Below are positions 25,871-37,773 of a DNA stretch of 64,000 nt, piece after piece (position 1 is the stretch's first letter; each line of letters opens with the position of its first letter). The notes under the pieces were generated by a model. It was not told the origin of the DNA. It worked only from the letters and a program-made list of their open reading frames with translations, and did not search any database. Origin of the DNA: Octopus vulgaris (lineage: Eukaryota); assembly GCA_951406725.2 (NCBI GenBank), contig OX597830.1:15686001-15750000 (forward strand), written 5' to 3'. The position numbers and the translations under genes were made by a program.

Positions 25871-28800
25871 TTCCACTTAGGTTTTGCATGGCCTGGCACT
25901 CGATTGTTATGAGGTGTCTCATTCCAAGTTCTGTACATAATATTTTACTGAATTCAAACTAGGAAGTTTTATTTTTAAACAAAGGATGATAACAATTCTT
26001 ATCTCCCAGGCCATTGATGCATGCAGATGCACAACGAAAACTATAATCTTCTTAGATAAACATCTTCTTATAAAACCAAATTTAAAGAAAATCTGTCTTT
26101 AATGCATCGAAAAAATGTCCATGATGGTGATGACAGCGATGGTTATTCACTAAGTTTAGCATCTATTTCTAGCAATTCTCCACACTGGATTCTATTTATA
26201 AGGGATTTACTAAAGTTTGCTCTCTTGAATTAACTTCTATATTTTATTACTGTCACATGTTGTTCACATTAATACTTCCTCTCCGCATCTATATCTTTGT
26301 CATTTATGCCTGTATCACATGGTTGAGAAAAGCTAAATTGATCATGTCATTCTCCTTATTTAGCTATCTTTTATACTAGCGAAGAAATTACAAGGCTGTA
26401 AATTCAGCAAAACTTAGAACGCTACCCCCTCCTCTTCACTTCTTGTCAAGAGATTTTCTCATGTTTAATATCAAGAGCAATTCTACTCAATTCATTTCTA
26501 ATTCTTAATATGTCTGCTTTATGCTTCAACTGAAAAATTCATTTTTATTCTATTCAAATTAAATAATTTTTACTAGCAGCAATATATATATATATATTAT
26601 AAATATTCAACATCTTTTTACTCTGTTTTTAACATTTTTAATACATACATACATACATGCATATGTGTGTGTGTATGTGTGTATATATATATATATATAT
26701 AGTTTTTATAATTCCAGTATATTTATTATCTTTCATTTATTTATATTTATATATTATTTCTGTTCCCACCTCTTCTGTTGGCACTAGTTGTTGTAAATTA
26801 ATTTAATTTTTGTTTGATTTGTGAACACTGAATTATTGGTTTCCACTGTCACTTAGAGAATAATTTTTAAAAACTTTAGGAGGTTGTTTTTTTTTTTGTT
26901 GTTTGTTTATTTTTCTGCTTTTTAATCAGAGGTGTCCTTATTTATGCTTCTTTTCTTTTGCTCTCTCTCTCTCTCTCTCTCTCCATTTATGTTTCTCTGT
27001 GTTATTTTGTCTTAGAAAAAAAATCCAATGAATTTCATTGGAAATGGAAAGTGAATGAAAATTACAAATAACTTGTCAAAATAGGATTCATATAAAATTT
27101 TTTAAAAAATTGCCATGTTAATCATTAGTTTTCATAAATGATGTATATCATAAGCCTTCCCCACCTTTTCTTTTTTTTTTTCTTTTTGTCTGTATTCATT
27201 ATTTTGTTGTTCATAGCTGGCTCTGTTCTCTTTAGTTTCTTTGAATATATCCTTAATTATGGCAAAAAGAAAAAAAAAGGAAAGAGGTGTGAGTCATATT
27301 GATAAATTATTGATCCTAAAACTTTATTAAATTTATTGCTCAGAGAAATAAAATTTTAAATTAAAATTGAAGAATTAGTTTGTAAGGTTAATATCTTGAT
27401 TCAATATTTACAGTGTAAATTCAGTTTTTTTTAATTTTTTTTTTTTAGTATTTTTAATATTTTATTTATATTTTTTCGTATTTTGTTTGTTTGTTTGCTG
27501 GCTTCTCTGGTATATGTATCTGCCTACAGGAAATTGTTGACAACTGCTTTAGAAAACTAGAACATTGAGAAAATAGAGAAAGATTTATATACTCAATATT
27601 TCTTACAAATTTTATCTAGAAACATCCATTTTTCATTTTGGTGATATGGTGCTTTTCGTGTTGCTTTTTAGTTTGTTTTTATTTCAAAATTCAGTTATTT
27701 ACGTTTGCAATAAGATTTTTTTTTTTCCCTTTCTTTTGTGGTTTATTTATCAACATTTAGTGTTTGGTTTATTTGTTTAAGAGAATCAGTTTTAGACAGA
27801 TAGCTAGATAGAATGATGTAGGTTAGCTGTTGCTTAGTCATTATTTAATTTATTTACAAAATACTGTAATAAATTATTTGCTCCAAGTAAAAATATCTAT
27901 TTTGATGCTGTTGATTAAATATTCATTTTTATATGTTGAGAGAGGGCTGGTGGTGAAATAATTGAAGCACAGGGGGTATAAGATGTACATTACATTATTC
28001 TTTTGTTGTCTTCATGTCGTTATATATATATTCATACATACATATATATATGTGTGTAATTTCAAAATAGCCTAATCATTCCACGGTGCCAATTTAATGC
28101 GGACAAGCACATCGTGCTTTTTCCGAGTAATTTCAATTTAGTTGGCCGTCGTCACTTTTAGCAGTGATAATCCAGAGTTACGTCCCTTTACTCACTTACC
28201 ATTTGCTGGCGACAAAAAGTGGAAAATTCTCTGTTTTCATTCTTTCGGAAGTTCGTAAATAAAATTTGGCAAAAAAAAAAAAAAATAAATAAAGATATAG
28301 AGAAAAAGAAAAGGTAATGAACAACAACAAAAAAGAAAAGAAAAAACATTGTACTTAGCTATTGTTTTCAGTTAAAGATAGAATTCTCTAATGAATTAAT
28401 TTTGATTAGAAATGTCACGCATTGAATAAAATATGACAAATCTTTCAAATTCTTAAAATCAATAAAAGAAGGGAAAAAACTGCAAAAATAACGAATTGTA
28501 CTGATTATCGTAGTGTTTCCTGCTACTTTAGATGTTTTATCACAGAGATCATTTGGTGCAGAATAATCTAAAGATTGCAGAAAGTCTGCGAGTAAACACA
28601 ACCCACATACATTCTTATTCTTTACTTAGTCGCTATTCAAGACCATCATCTAAGAAATAATTTAGTCTATCAATTTTTCTGGCCTAACATTGGCAAACGG
28701 GCTTCTGGTTTTTAACGACTGTATGAGTGTGTGTGTGTGCGTCTATACACGTGTTGTACATTGTGTGCGCGCATTGAGTAATGTGTGTGTGTGTACATAC

Positions 28801-29284
28801 ATTCGTATATAAATATGTGTATAGTCTACTGTGCACTTAAGTGACACACACATACACACACACACACATAAGTACACATTTTTGCTTGGTTCATTCATTG
28901 GATTGCGACCTTGTTAGATCAGCCCCTTATTAAGATTTTTAGTACATATCAACACTAGTAATTATTTTAAAATCTAGTGTTTATGTTATCGATTTCTGTT
29001 TTTCGAATTGCTGAGTTTTGGTGGGTTAGAAAGGTCGTAAAATATCATTTCTTTTCTTTTTAATTGATGTCTATGAAACGGCACATATAAAACAGACGCA
29101 CGCGCGCGCATATAGACAGACACGGCGGTCTTGCAGGTTCTGCCTACCGGTGTCACTCAGTAAGCATTGGTCAGTCCAGGTCCGTAGTAGAAAACACTTG
29201 CTAAAGATGTCACACAGAGGGACCAAACCCCAGAATTCATTAAGTCGCAAAGTGAAATTCTTAATCACACAGTCATGCCTGCGC

Positions 29285-29682
29285 CTAGCGCGCCGGGCGA
29301 AATACTTAGCGGTATTTCGTCTGTCGTTACGTTCTGAGTTCAAATTCCGCCGAGGTCGACTTTGCCTTTCATCCTTTCGGGGTCGATAAAATGAAGTACC
29401 AGTTACACACTGGAGTCGATATAATCGACTTAATCCGTTTGTCTGTCCTTGTTTTTATCCTTTCTGTGTTTAGCCCCTTGTGGGTAGTAAAGAAATAGGT
29501 ATTTCGTCTGCCGTTACGTTCTGAGTTCAAATTCCGCCGATGTCGACTTTGCCTTTCATCCTTTCGGGGTCGATTAAATAAAGTACCAGTTTCGCACTGG
29601 GCTCGATGTAATCGACTTAATACCTATGTCTGTCCTTGTTTGTCCCCTCTATGTTTAGCCCCTTGTGGGCAGTAAAGAAATA
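29285..29682 (+). mobile_element. Tandem dimer of SINE family B body
   Basis: Two near-identical ~190-nt units starting ggtatttcgtctg..ttacgttctgagttc. Confidence 0.8.
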
Positions 29683-29990
29683 TATACACACACACACTTG
29701 TATGTACGCGCGCACGTGTGATAAGGAGGCATACCTATGCCATTATCCATGTATGCATTTCTTCATTATATACCATACCTGGACTAGTGCTTACGCTTTC
29801 TGACAGACTATTCTCTATGAACCATTTAATTTATATACTGTTTAAGTATTTTTGTTGTGGGTTCACAAAAGAATGCAATACAGTATATCATGGAAGCTGT
29901 AAGGCTTGAGACAGCATGTGTGGGTTCAAATATGAATCCATAAATTCGTCTTTGTAACATATATAGATAAATTGACAGATAGGTAGATAC

Positions 29991-30048
<58 letters not shown>

Positions 30049-30051
<3 letters not shown>

Positions 30052-30205
30052 GAGAGTTTACGAAAAAAACAAAAGACGAAGACAGGTGGTGTACAAAACA
30101 AACAGATGTATTAGTATAACGCTCAGAAATAGAAAAAGTCTTTTACATTTCGAGCCTATGCTCTTCTACAGAAAGGGACACAGAAAAAACAAGGAGAGAA
30201 AAAAA
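30049..30205 (-). mobile_element. Short hammerhead-bearing element abutting (TA)n
   Basis: Minus 30175-30140: cttt-CTGTAGA-a-gagc-atag-gctc-GAA-ATGT-A-aaag. Downstream ctgagcgt..aatac is shared with 1645-1860. Confidence 0.6.
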
Positions 30206-30275
30206 TATATACTTACACACACAGACACACACACACACATTCATACACACATAAGCAAATATATATATTTATTAG

Positions 30276-30554
30276 GTGAAGCATTGTGAGGTTATAACTT
30301 TAAAAAAATGTAGTTGTGTAACGCTGGACCAATAGAAGAAGGTACAAAGAAAACTACGAAAGGAAAAGAAAAGAAAACCAAATTGCAGTATCACGTATCT
30401 ATATATTTCGGAGTGAAGAAGACCACTTCTTCAGGACATTTGGAAGAACCGGGCGTTGGAAAAGGGTCTACAACTTTTTCTTTTGTTTTCCCTATCTAGT
30501 TTACTTTGTACCTTCTCACTTTGTTTTGGCCCCACACAAACAATCTTCTTTAGA
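30276..30554 (-). mobile_element. Inverted-repeat element enclosing a hammerhead-like motif
   Basis: Imperfect IR 30337-30377 / 30476-30516. Minus 30438-30396: tgtc-CTGAAGA-agtg-gtcttctt-cact-cc-GAA-ATATAT-A-gata. Candidate 13-bp TSD atatat(t/a)tattag in low-complexity flank. Confidence 0.55.
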
Positions 30555-30569
30555 ATATATATATTAGTA

Positions 30570-30790
30570 TCATCTTCATCATCATCATCATCACCATCAT
30601 TTAACACCAGTTTTCCATGCTGGCATGGGTTGGACTGTTTGACAGTATATGCTGATCCACAGAGCTCTGTTGTGTCTCCATTGTCTACTTTGGCACGGTT
30701 TCTATAATTGGATGCACTTCCTAATGCCAACCATTTTACAGTGTGTACTGGGTACTGTTTTTGTACCACCATCAACATTAGTAGCATTGC
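30570..30790 (-). mobile_element. SINE family C fragment with (GAT)n tail
   Basis: (CAT)n then ttccatgctggcatgggttgga..ggatgcacttcctaatgccaac; related to 31973-32330 and 53092-53412. Confidence 0.65.
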
Positions 30791-31527
30791 CTAGTAACTC
30801 TGTGTGTGTGTGTGTGTGTGTATATACACAAAGCATGACAGCCTTTCAGCTCCCGCCTATGAAGTTCACTCTCTAGGTCTTGGTCGGCCCAGAGTTATAG
30901 TAGAAGGTATTCGCTCCAGGTTCTGTGCAGTGAAATTGAACCTGCAACCTCTTGGTTGGAAAGCAAACTTCTTAACCAAAAAGTCACATCCGTGGCTAAG
31001 ACCCCATTATTATTTTTTTTTGTTCTTTTTTGATATTTACTTACTTTCTAAAAATAGTTAAGATTTCATTTTTTTCCCCATTTCTCTGTAATGTAGGTTT
31101 TCACATTTGAAAAAAAAAAAACTAATTAGAAACTGCATTGATCCGAGGTCTAAATTATTTGCGAAACAACATTTTTAATTGTTATTTGTTAATGAATTAT
31201 TAATGGATCGTTCGTTAACACTGCTCAGAAAAGTAACTGAAAGTTGTCTTCAGCATTCTTTCCAACTAAACATTAATTTAATCATCTTCAGATTAAGGTG
31301 TGTACTAATAACTTCCACCTCTCTCCCACACACATATTTTTAGTACTCCTTGCCATTCTGCTTTTTCCAGTAGCAATAGCACTTACACCATGGTCAACTT
31401 TACTCTGAATATCTATTTCCATCACTCGTCTAGTAATTATTAATGTATTTTACAAGAAACATGTATGGTATTTTGCTGCTTAATAAATATATATATTCAC
31501 CTGTTATATATTTAGTTTTGCTGCTTA

Positions 31528-31551
31528 TTATATATATATATAATCTATCTG

Positions 31552-31583
<32 letters not shown>

Positions 31584-31596
31584 CATAAAGTCTTTT

Positions 31597-31641
<45 letters not shown>

Positions 31642-31724
31642 ATCTATCTTCTTATATATATATATATATATAATCTATCTATCTATCTATCTATTTATAT
31701 ATATATATAATCTATCTATCTATC

Positions 31725-31782
<58 letters not shown>

Positions 31783-31827
31783 CTATTTATCTATCTATCT
31801 ATATATATATATTTATATATATATATA

Positions 31828-31861
<34 letters not shown>

Positions 31862-31876
31862 TATACACACACACAC
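31528..31876. repeat. Alternating (TA)n/(TCTA)n compound repeat
   Basis: Direct reading. Confidence 0.9.
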
Positions 31877-31972
31877 CTATTTATGGTCTGTATCTTTCAA
31901 AATTAATCTCAAATTTTAAAACAATATACTGAAGCATTGTATTTAATATGAACAATGTCTTTGACAAGGTGC

Positions 31973-32330
31973 ATCATCATCATCATCATCACCATCATCA
32001 TCATTTAACGTCTGCCTTCCATGCTGGCATGGGTTGGACTTGCTAACACCAACCACTTTACAGAGTGTACCGTGTGCTTCTTATGTGGTACCAGCACCAG
32101 CAAGGTTCTGTTTGGCATGCTTTTTCTGGTCAGATCCCCTTCCTAACACCAACTAATCTACAGAGTGGACTGAGGGCTTTTCGCGTGGCACCAATATCAG
32201 AAGGTCTGTTAGGCGCAGTTATCACAGCTGGATGCCCTTTCTAACCTCAACAACTTCACAGAGTGAACCGGGTACTTCTCAGGTGGCAGCAGCAGCACCG
32301 GTGTGGTCTGTTTTGGCTTGGTTTTTATGG
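31973..32330 (-). mobile_element. SINE family C with internal ~95-nt tandem subrepeats
   Basis: (CAT)n tail; three repeats of ctaac..caac..acagagtg..tggcac. Confidence 0.65.
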
Positions 32331-32423
32331 TTGTATATAATTAAAAATGCCTGTCCAATTACCTTGTAATCTATATTTAGAACTACTTAGATAAAAAGAA
32401 AAAAAAGATGACTTCATTTCCCC

Positions 32424-32651
32424 TTAACCCTTTCGTTACCAACCCGGCTGAAACCGGCTCTGGTTCTGAGTATAAATGCCTTGTTTTCATAAGTTTTAAA
32501 TTAAAACCTTCCACCAAACTTTAGTCACAATTTATGTTCCTAACACAAGCTTAATGATAACCAAGTTATTTTACTAAATTCTTTATTATATTTAAAATAA
32601 TTGAAAGAAACACATATCATCTCAACAGAAATACAGTAACAAAAGGGTTAA
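32424..32651. mobile_element. piggyBac-like MITE family 1
   Basis: TTAA|CCCTTTCGTTAC...GTAACAAAAGGG|TTAA: TTAA TSD with CCC/GGG termini. Confidence 0.85.
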
Positions 32652-32905
32652 TCAACTCTGGTCTCAATGATGAATCTCTCAGCTTCTTATTCAGTTTCTC
32701 AATTTCAATCATCCTTTGTTAATCATTATTAATCCCATTTAACTCTATGTTAGTTACATTTCTTTATATTCTACTTGTTTTGTTTTGTTTTTAATCCACC
32801 ATGTTGACCATTGATAAATAGCAGCAGTACTCACCAGACATAAATCTTTTCTTTCTCCACCCACTATATCTCTCATTTGGCAGTTTTAATATCTTGTTTC
32901 AGGTT

Positions 32906-33121
32906 AGGACAACAAGCTGGCAGAATCATTAGCACACCAGGCAAAATGCTTAGTGGCATTTCATCCGTTTTTACAATCTGGGTTCAAATTCCGCCGAGGT
33001 CGACTTTGCCTTTCATCCTTTCAGAATCAATTAACTAAGTACCAGTGAAACACTGGGGGTCAATGTAATCAACTTAGACCCTCCCCTGAAATTGTTGGTC
33101 TTGTGCCGAAATTTGAAACCA
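32906..33121 (+). mobile_element. SINE family B
   Basis: Full head, core and tail. Confidence 0.8.
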
Positions 33122-33781
33122 ATATTTTGTTTTAGGTTTAATATACTTTTAACTGTTTAAGCCCCCACCAAACATCTGGTAAAACCCTTCATATCTAAGA
33201 TTACACATTTTCTTCAGTTACTACCATAGCTTGTGAGCCAACAAGAGTGTCTTTGTGCAGTTATTTGAACCTCTGCTAGTCTTGAATATGCTATGCTTGA
33301 AAACAAGATTTATAAATTTATTTTATCTGGAATGTCATGGTAGGAAACAATAACAACAAGTTGTATCCTTCCAAAAAGGACTGGCTTGGAACACACTTGA
33401 TAAATAATGAAGAAAATTTTTTAAAAACAGCCTTTTTGCATGATAGAAAGGTTCACCACAGATAAGTTAATATATAGATCTTACATCTGTGCTATACAAG
33501 CGCTAAACTAAAGTCTCTCTCAGAAACATGCAAGTTTGTTTATCTCCCCATCCCGCTTCACACAGTTTCCTTAAAAAGGATTTTTAAAGTCATCTCACCA
33601 AATATTTCTAGTTGCTTTACAATCTAGAAACTTATATATACATTTCCTAATGGCATTTGATTCAATTCTAAATTAATTCCTTTTTATTTATCAATGATTT
33701 TGAGCTATTGGTTCTAATCTATAACCTTCAAAGTTCAATAATTCATACAATACTGGTAATTGAAGTGATTTATACAAAAAT

Positions 33782-34504
33782 CCCTTAGTATTTAAACCAC
33801 CTGCACCCAACCCAAATATTCTACCATTTTTAAACTTAACCTTGCCAGATCTAGCCTTTCACACTTGACCTACGATGTCATTCCAAAAATATACAATCAC
33901 ATCATTGAAATTTTGATGCTACAAAATTATACATGATTAATTCAAAATACTGTGAATAAAAAAGCATCACATTTCACAGAATAAGCTGACTGGTAAAGGG
34001 TTAAGGGCTTAAGATGATAAAATTCTGTACCTTGTTCTATCCTAGCTTTTAAGTATCAGCTGCAATTCTACAGAAATAAATGTTTAATAATTCCAATGTT
34101 GATAGTAAAGGACAGTAATTTTGGGGGAAGGTTAAGTCGATTATATCAGCCCCATTTTTATCATCCCCGGAAGGATAAAAGGGTAAAATCAACCCTAGCA
34201 TCATTTGAACTCAGAGCATAAAGATGGTGAAATGCCTCTGCATTTCACCTGGTGTGCTAACGATTTTGCAAGCTTGCCACCTTTAGCATTTAAACTGGTC
34301 ATCTCCAGCCTAAATATTCTAGCTGTTTTATGTTCAAACTGGCCAGATCTGATCTCTCACACCTCTCCTACAATGTCATCCAAAAAATATACAATCATAT
34401 CGTTGAAATAACAAAGCTACAAGATAATTACATGATCGATTCAAAACAATGTGAATTAATAAGCTTTACATTTGACGGTGTAATCCGAATGCTAAAGGGT
34501 TTAA
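33782..34504. mobile_element. Two piggyBac-like MITE family 2 copies with an intervening SINE B fragment
   Basis: 33782-34003 and ~34280-34504 are homologous, each ending aaagggtt(t)aa. Confidence 0.6.
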
Positions 34505-34687
34505 ACGTAAAGACAGGCGAAATGCCACTAAGCATTTAAAATTTGGTGTGCCGAAGATTCTTCCTGCTCGCTGCCTTAAAACGATATAATAATGTTATTT
34601 TAATTAGCCAATTAAAAAAAAAAAAAAAAAGAAACCAACAGTAAAGGATTTGAACTTAGTTTTGTCTTCTTGTAATCCATTTTGCAG

Positions 34688-34821
34688 ATCTCTGTAAATG
34701 AAGCTGCCGCTCAGTTATGCCATCATTTACCAGCACTGTTAACCCGGCGTGAAGATTTATTCCCATTAGCAAGGCAGGTTGTTCGTGAGAGTGGTTATCA
34801 GTATTCCAAAGGTCACTCCAG
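34688..34821 (+). CDS. NAB: NAB homologue, NCD2 C-terminal exon
   Basis: Acceptor ccattttgcag| and donor ag|gtaata; 134 nt, phase 0-2. Translates [44 protein letters not shown], matching the NCD2 motif VNEAAAQLC...LLTRR..LF.LARQ. Confidence 0.95.
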
Positions 34822-35436
34822 GTAATACTTTCATCATTTTTCCATCTGCTTTCGTTTCCAACTTAACTCGAAATACTTTGTCGTACTTTAAACACCTTAC
34901 TCATATATACACCCTCATATATACTTGTATACTTTCAAAGTGTATCGGGACAAATTAGATTCAGTTTCAATTTTGATCATTTTAATTCGATGAATTTTAA
35001 TTTATAAAAAAAAATATATATATAAGTATTCTTGCGTAAAATTTAAGAGTTTAAAAAATTTTTAATATTTTGACTCCTGTATTTGTTGCCTGCGCTTTCA
35101 ATGTCCAGAAACTACTCTAAATTCATTGTACGATGTATTACTACGTTTGCTTTGATTAAAACCAATCCATTTACAGGTGCATGACACTTGTTTCCATGGC
35201 ATACACTTAGATGCATGCCTGTAGTACCCCATAGCACATAAGTAGGTGGTGCATGTCAGATTGTCAAATTGGCCAAGTCGTAGATGCATGCGAATACTGT
35301 CGAAGGGACGTAATTCAGTAGCGTACTTTTCACAACTTAATTCACTCACAATTTTTCTGCGCAATTCCGATTTTTATTGAAATCCTATTTATAAATATCA
35401 ATTTTTTTATTCTTTATCAAGAACATTACCTTAAAA

Positions 35437-35472
35437 CGTTGTTGTTGTTATATATTATTATTATTGTTGTTG

Positions 35473-35506
<34 letters not shown>

Positions 35507-35602
35507 TACTATTATTATTATTATTACTATTACTATTATTATTATTATTACTATTACTCTTATTATTATTATTATTACTATTATTATTGTTATTATTATT
35601 AC

Positions 35603-35644
<42 letters not shown>
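35437..35644. repeat. (TAT)n microsatellite
   Basis: Direct reading. Confidence 0.95.
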
Positions 35645-35645
<1 letters not shown>

Positions 35646-35929
35646 AATATAAATATTTCTGTAATATTTTCTCTCCTTCCTGAGACAATTTGATAAAGAC
35701 AGATGAATTTCTTTTTGTTATTGAGTGATAGGAAAACTTTTATCGCCACTATACTCAGCTTACTCCTAAGCCTATATTAACTTTACACAATCTTATTGTA
35801 ATAATGCAATTATCTATTCAATATTTTTATCTCGTTATCCGAGACAATTCTCTGAGAAAATCCAGTCAAAATACATTTTATTCATATTTACATGTGAATG
35901 TGTGGATAAAACGCGCGCACACGCACATA

Positions 35930-36333
35930 TACTCTTTACTCTTTTACTTGTTTCAGTCATTTGACTGCGGCCATGCTGGAGCACCGCCTTTAGTCGAGCC
36001 AATCGGCCCCGGGACTTATTCTTTGTAAGCCTTAGTACTTATTCTATCGGTCTCTTTTGTGGAACCGCTAAGTTACGGGGACGTAAACACACCAGCATCG
36101 GTTGTCAAGCGATTTTAGGGGGACAAACACGCATATATATATATATACACATATATATATATGTATACATATACATATATACGACGGGCTTCTTTCAGTT
36201 TCCGCCTTCCAAATCCACTCACAAGGCTTTAGTTGGCCCAAGGCTATAGTAGAAGATACTTGCTCAAAGTGCCACGCAGTCGGACTGAACCCGGAACCAT
36301 GTGGTTGGTAAGCAATCTACTTACCACACAGCC
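35930..36333 (-). mobile_element. SINE family A
   Basis: Reverse complement of the 18635/24229 copies. Confidence 0.85.
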
Positions 36334-37119
36334 AATATTCATAGAAGTTTTATATAGCTACGGCAAAGAAAAGACTACCGAATTACTAAGGTTGATATAT
36401 ATGTACCTATCTATCTGTCTATCTATCTATCCATCTGTCTGTCTATCGGTCGGTCTGTCTATCTATCTATCTATTTGTCCGTGTGTCTGTCTATCTTTCT
36501 ATCCCCTCGTCATAATTCTATGTTAGAACCTCCTTTTTATTTTCAAAACACCAAATTAATAAGGACAAACTTTAATTATAATACTAAATCCTTCCTAATT
36601 CTTCGTAATTTTCATAATTAGTTGAAATATTTAGGCAGTGAACTGGTTAAAACATCCGTTTGTCAGGAACACTTCAAGTGTGAGAACTATTTTATGAAAG
36701 TTCATTATGTTCCACTCTCAAAATCTTTCTTTGAATGTGAGTTATGACGGTTGATATGATGCAATTAATATTACGCATGCATCAGAAAACTGGGCAACAA
36801 CTTTAGCTGTGAAGAAAGCTGTATTATATAGCACATGTATGTATATTTTTACGTGATTATCATGTAGAGAGTAATAAATATACTGACTGATGAAGATACA
36901 AGTAAAACGACCAGCCTAAGTAAGGGAGACAACTTGCCAATCAGATTTCTAATTTCCATTGTTAAAGGGAATCAGAAATCACAGTCTCTTTTCTTTAAGG
37001 AAAATAGGTCGATAAATAAATAAACCCTGGGATTGTAAATTTAGTTTAAGTTAACGACATTAATGCAACCGCAGCCTGAGCCTACGTTTTCCGTTTATAT
37101 GATTTAATATAGATTATTT

Positions 37120-37741
37120 AATAAGAAAATACATCTTTCTTTTTGAATGATGAAGTCTATCAGTTGGTGAGACAGGTTGAGCAGGACTTGGTACAATAAT
37201 ATCACCATGATTGTTAATTAAAGAATTCCCAGCTTGAGAAACAGTATTGTCATGGAAGGAAGAATGAGATCTAAATGAGTGTGATTTTGAGATAAGGTAC
37301 TGAGTCAGCAATTGGTAGTTTGACTCAGTAAGTTTAACTACTTCATCTTGAGATGTCAGACATTGTTACAAATCATGCAGTAAGACTCCAGTACTTTTCT
37401 GAACAATGACACCCTTGTCATTACACACCAGTCGTTCAGCTTCTCTTAGGAGGGAGCATTGCCATTTGCCCAAACACTCAACAACTGTAGCAGCTTCCTG
37501 ATCAAGAGAAGGCTGCTGTAATTCACTTTTGTTAAGGGTACCAGAGAAGGCAACGAGTTACTTTCTTTGTGGTAATGTTGCAACAGGAACATTATTTGTT
37601 GTGTTGGTCCTAACTGTAAACGGAGCAGAGCTGTCACAAGCATGGAGACAAGAAATTTCTGTAGCAATTTTAATTTAGTTCTATATTTAAGAGATGTGGA
37701 ACTATGTACATTATTTACATTATCTATTATTATTATTATTA

Positions 37742-37773
<32 letters not shown>

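Noticed and set aside
27530-27568. Possible alternative terminal or poison exon (cctacag|EIVDNCFRKLEH*)
   Set aside because: Mediocre polypyrimidine tract, no homology or donor; expected by chance in a 10-kb intron.
36888-36910. CTGATGAAG..AAAC
   Set aside because: Stem II too weak, G12 missing and no stem I.
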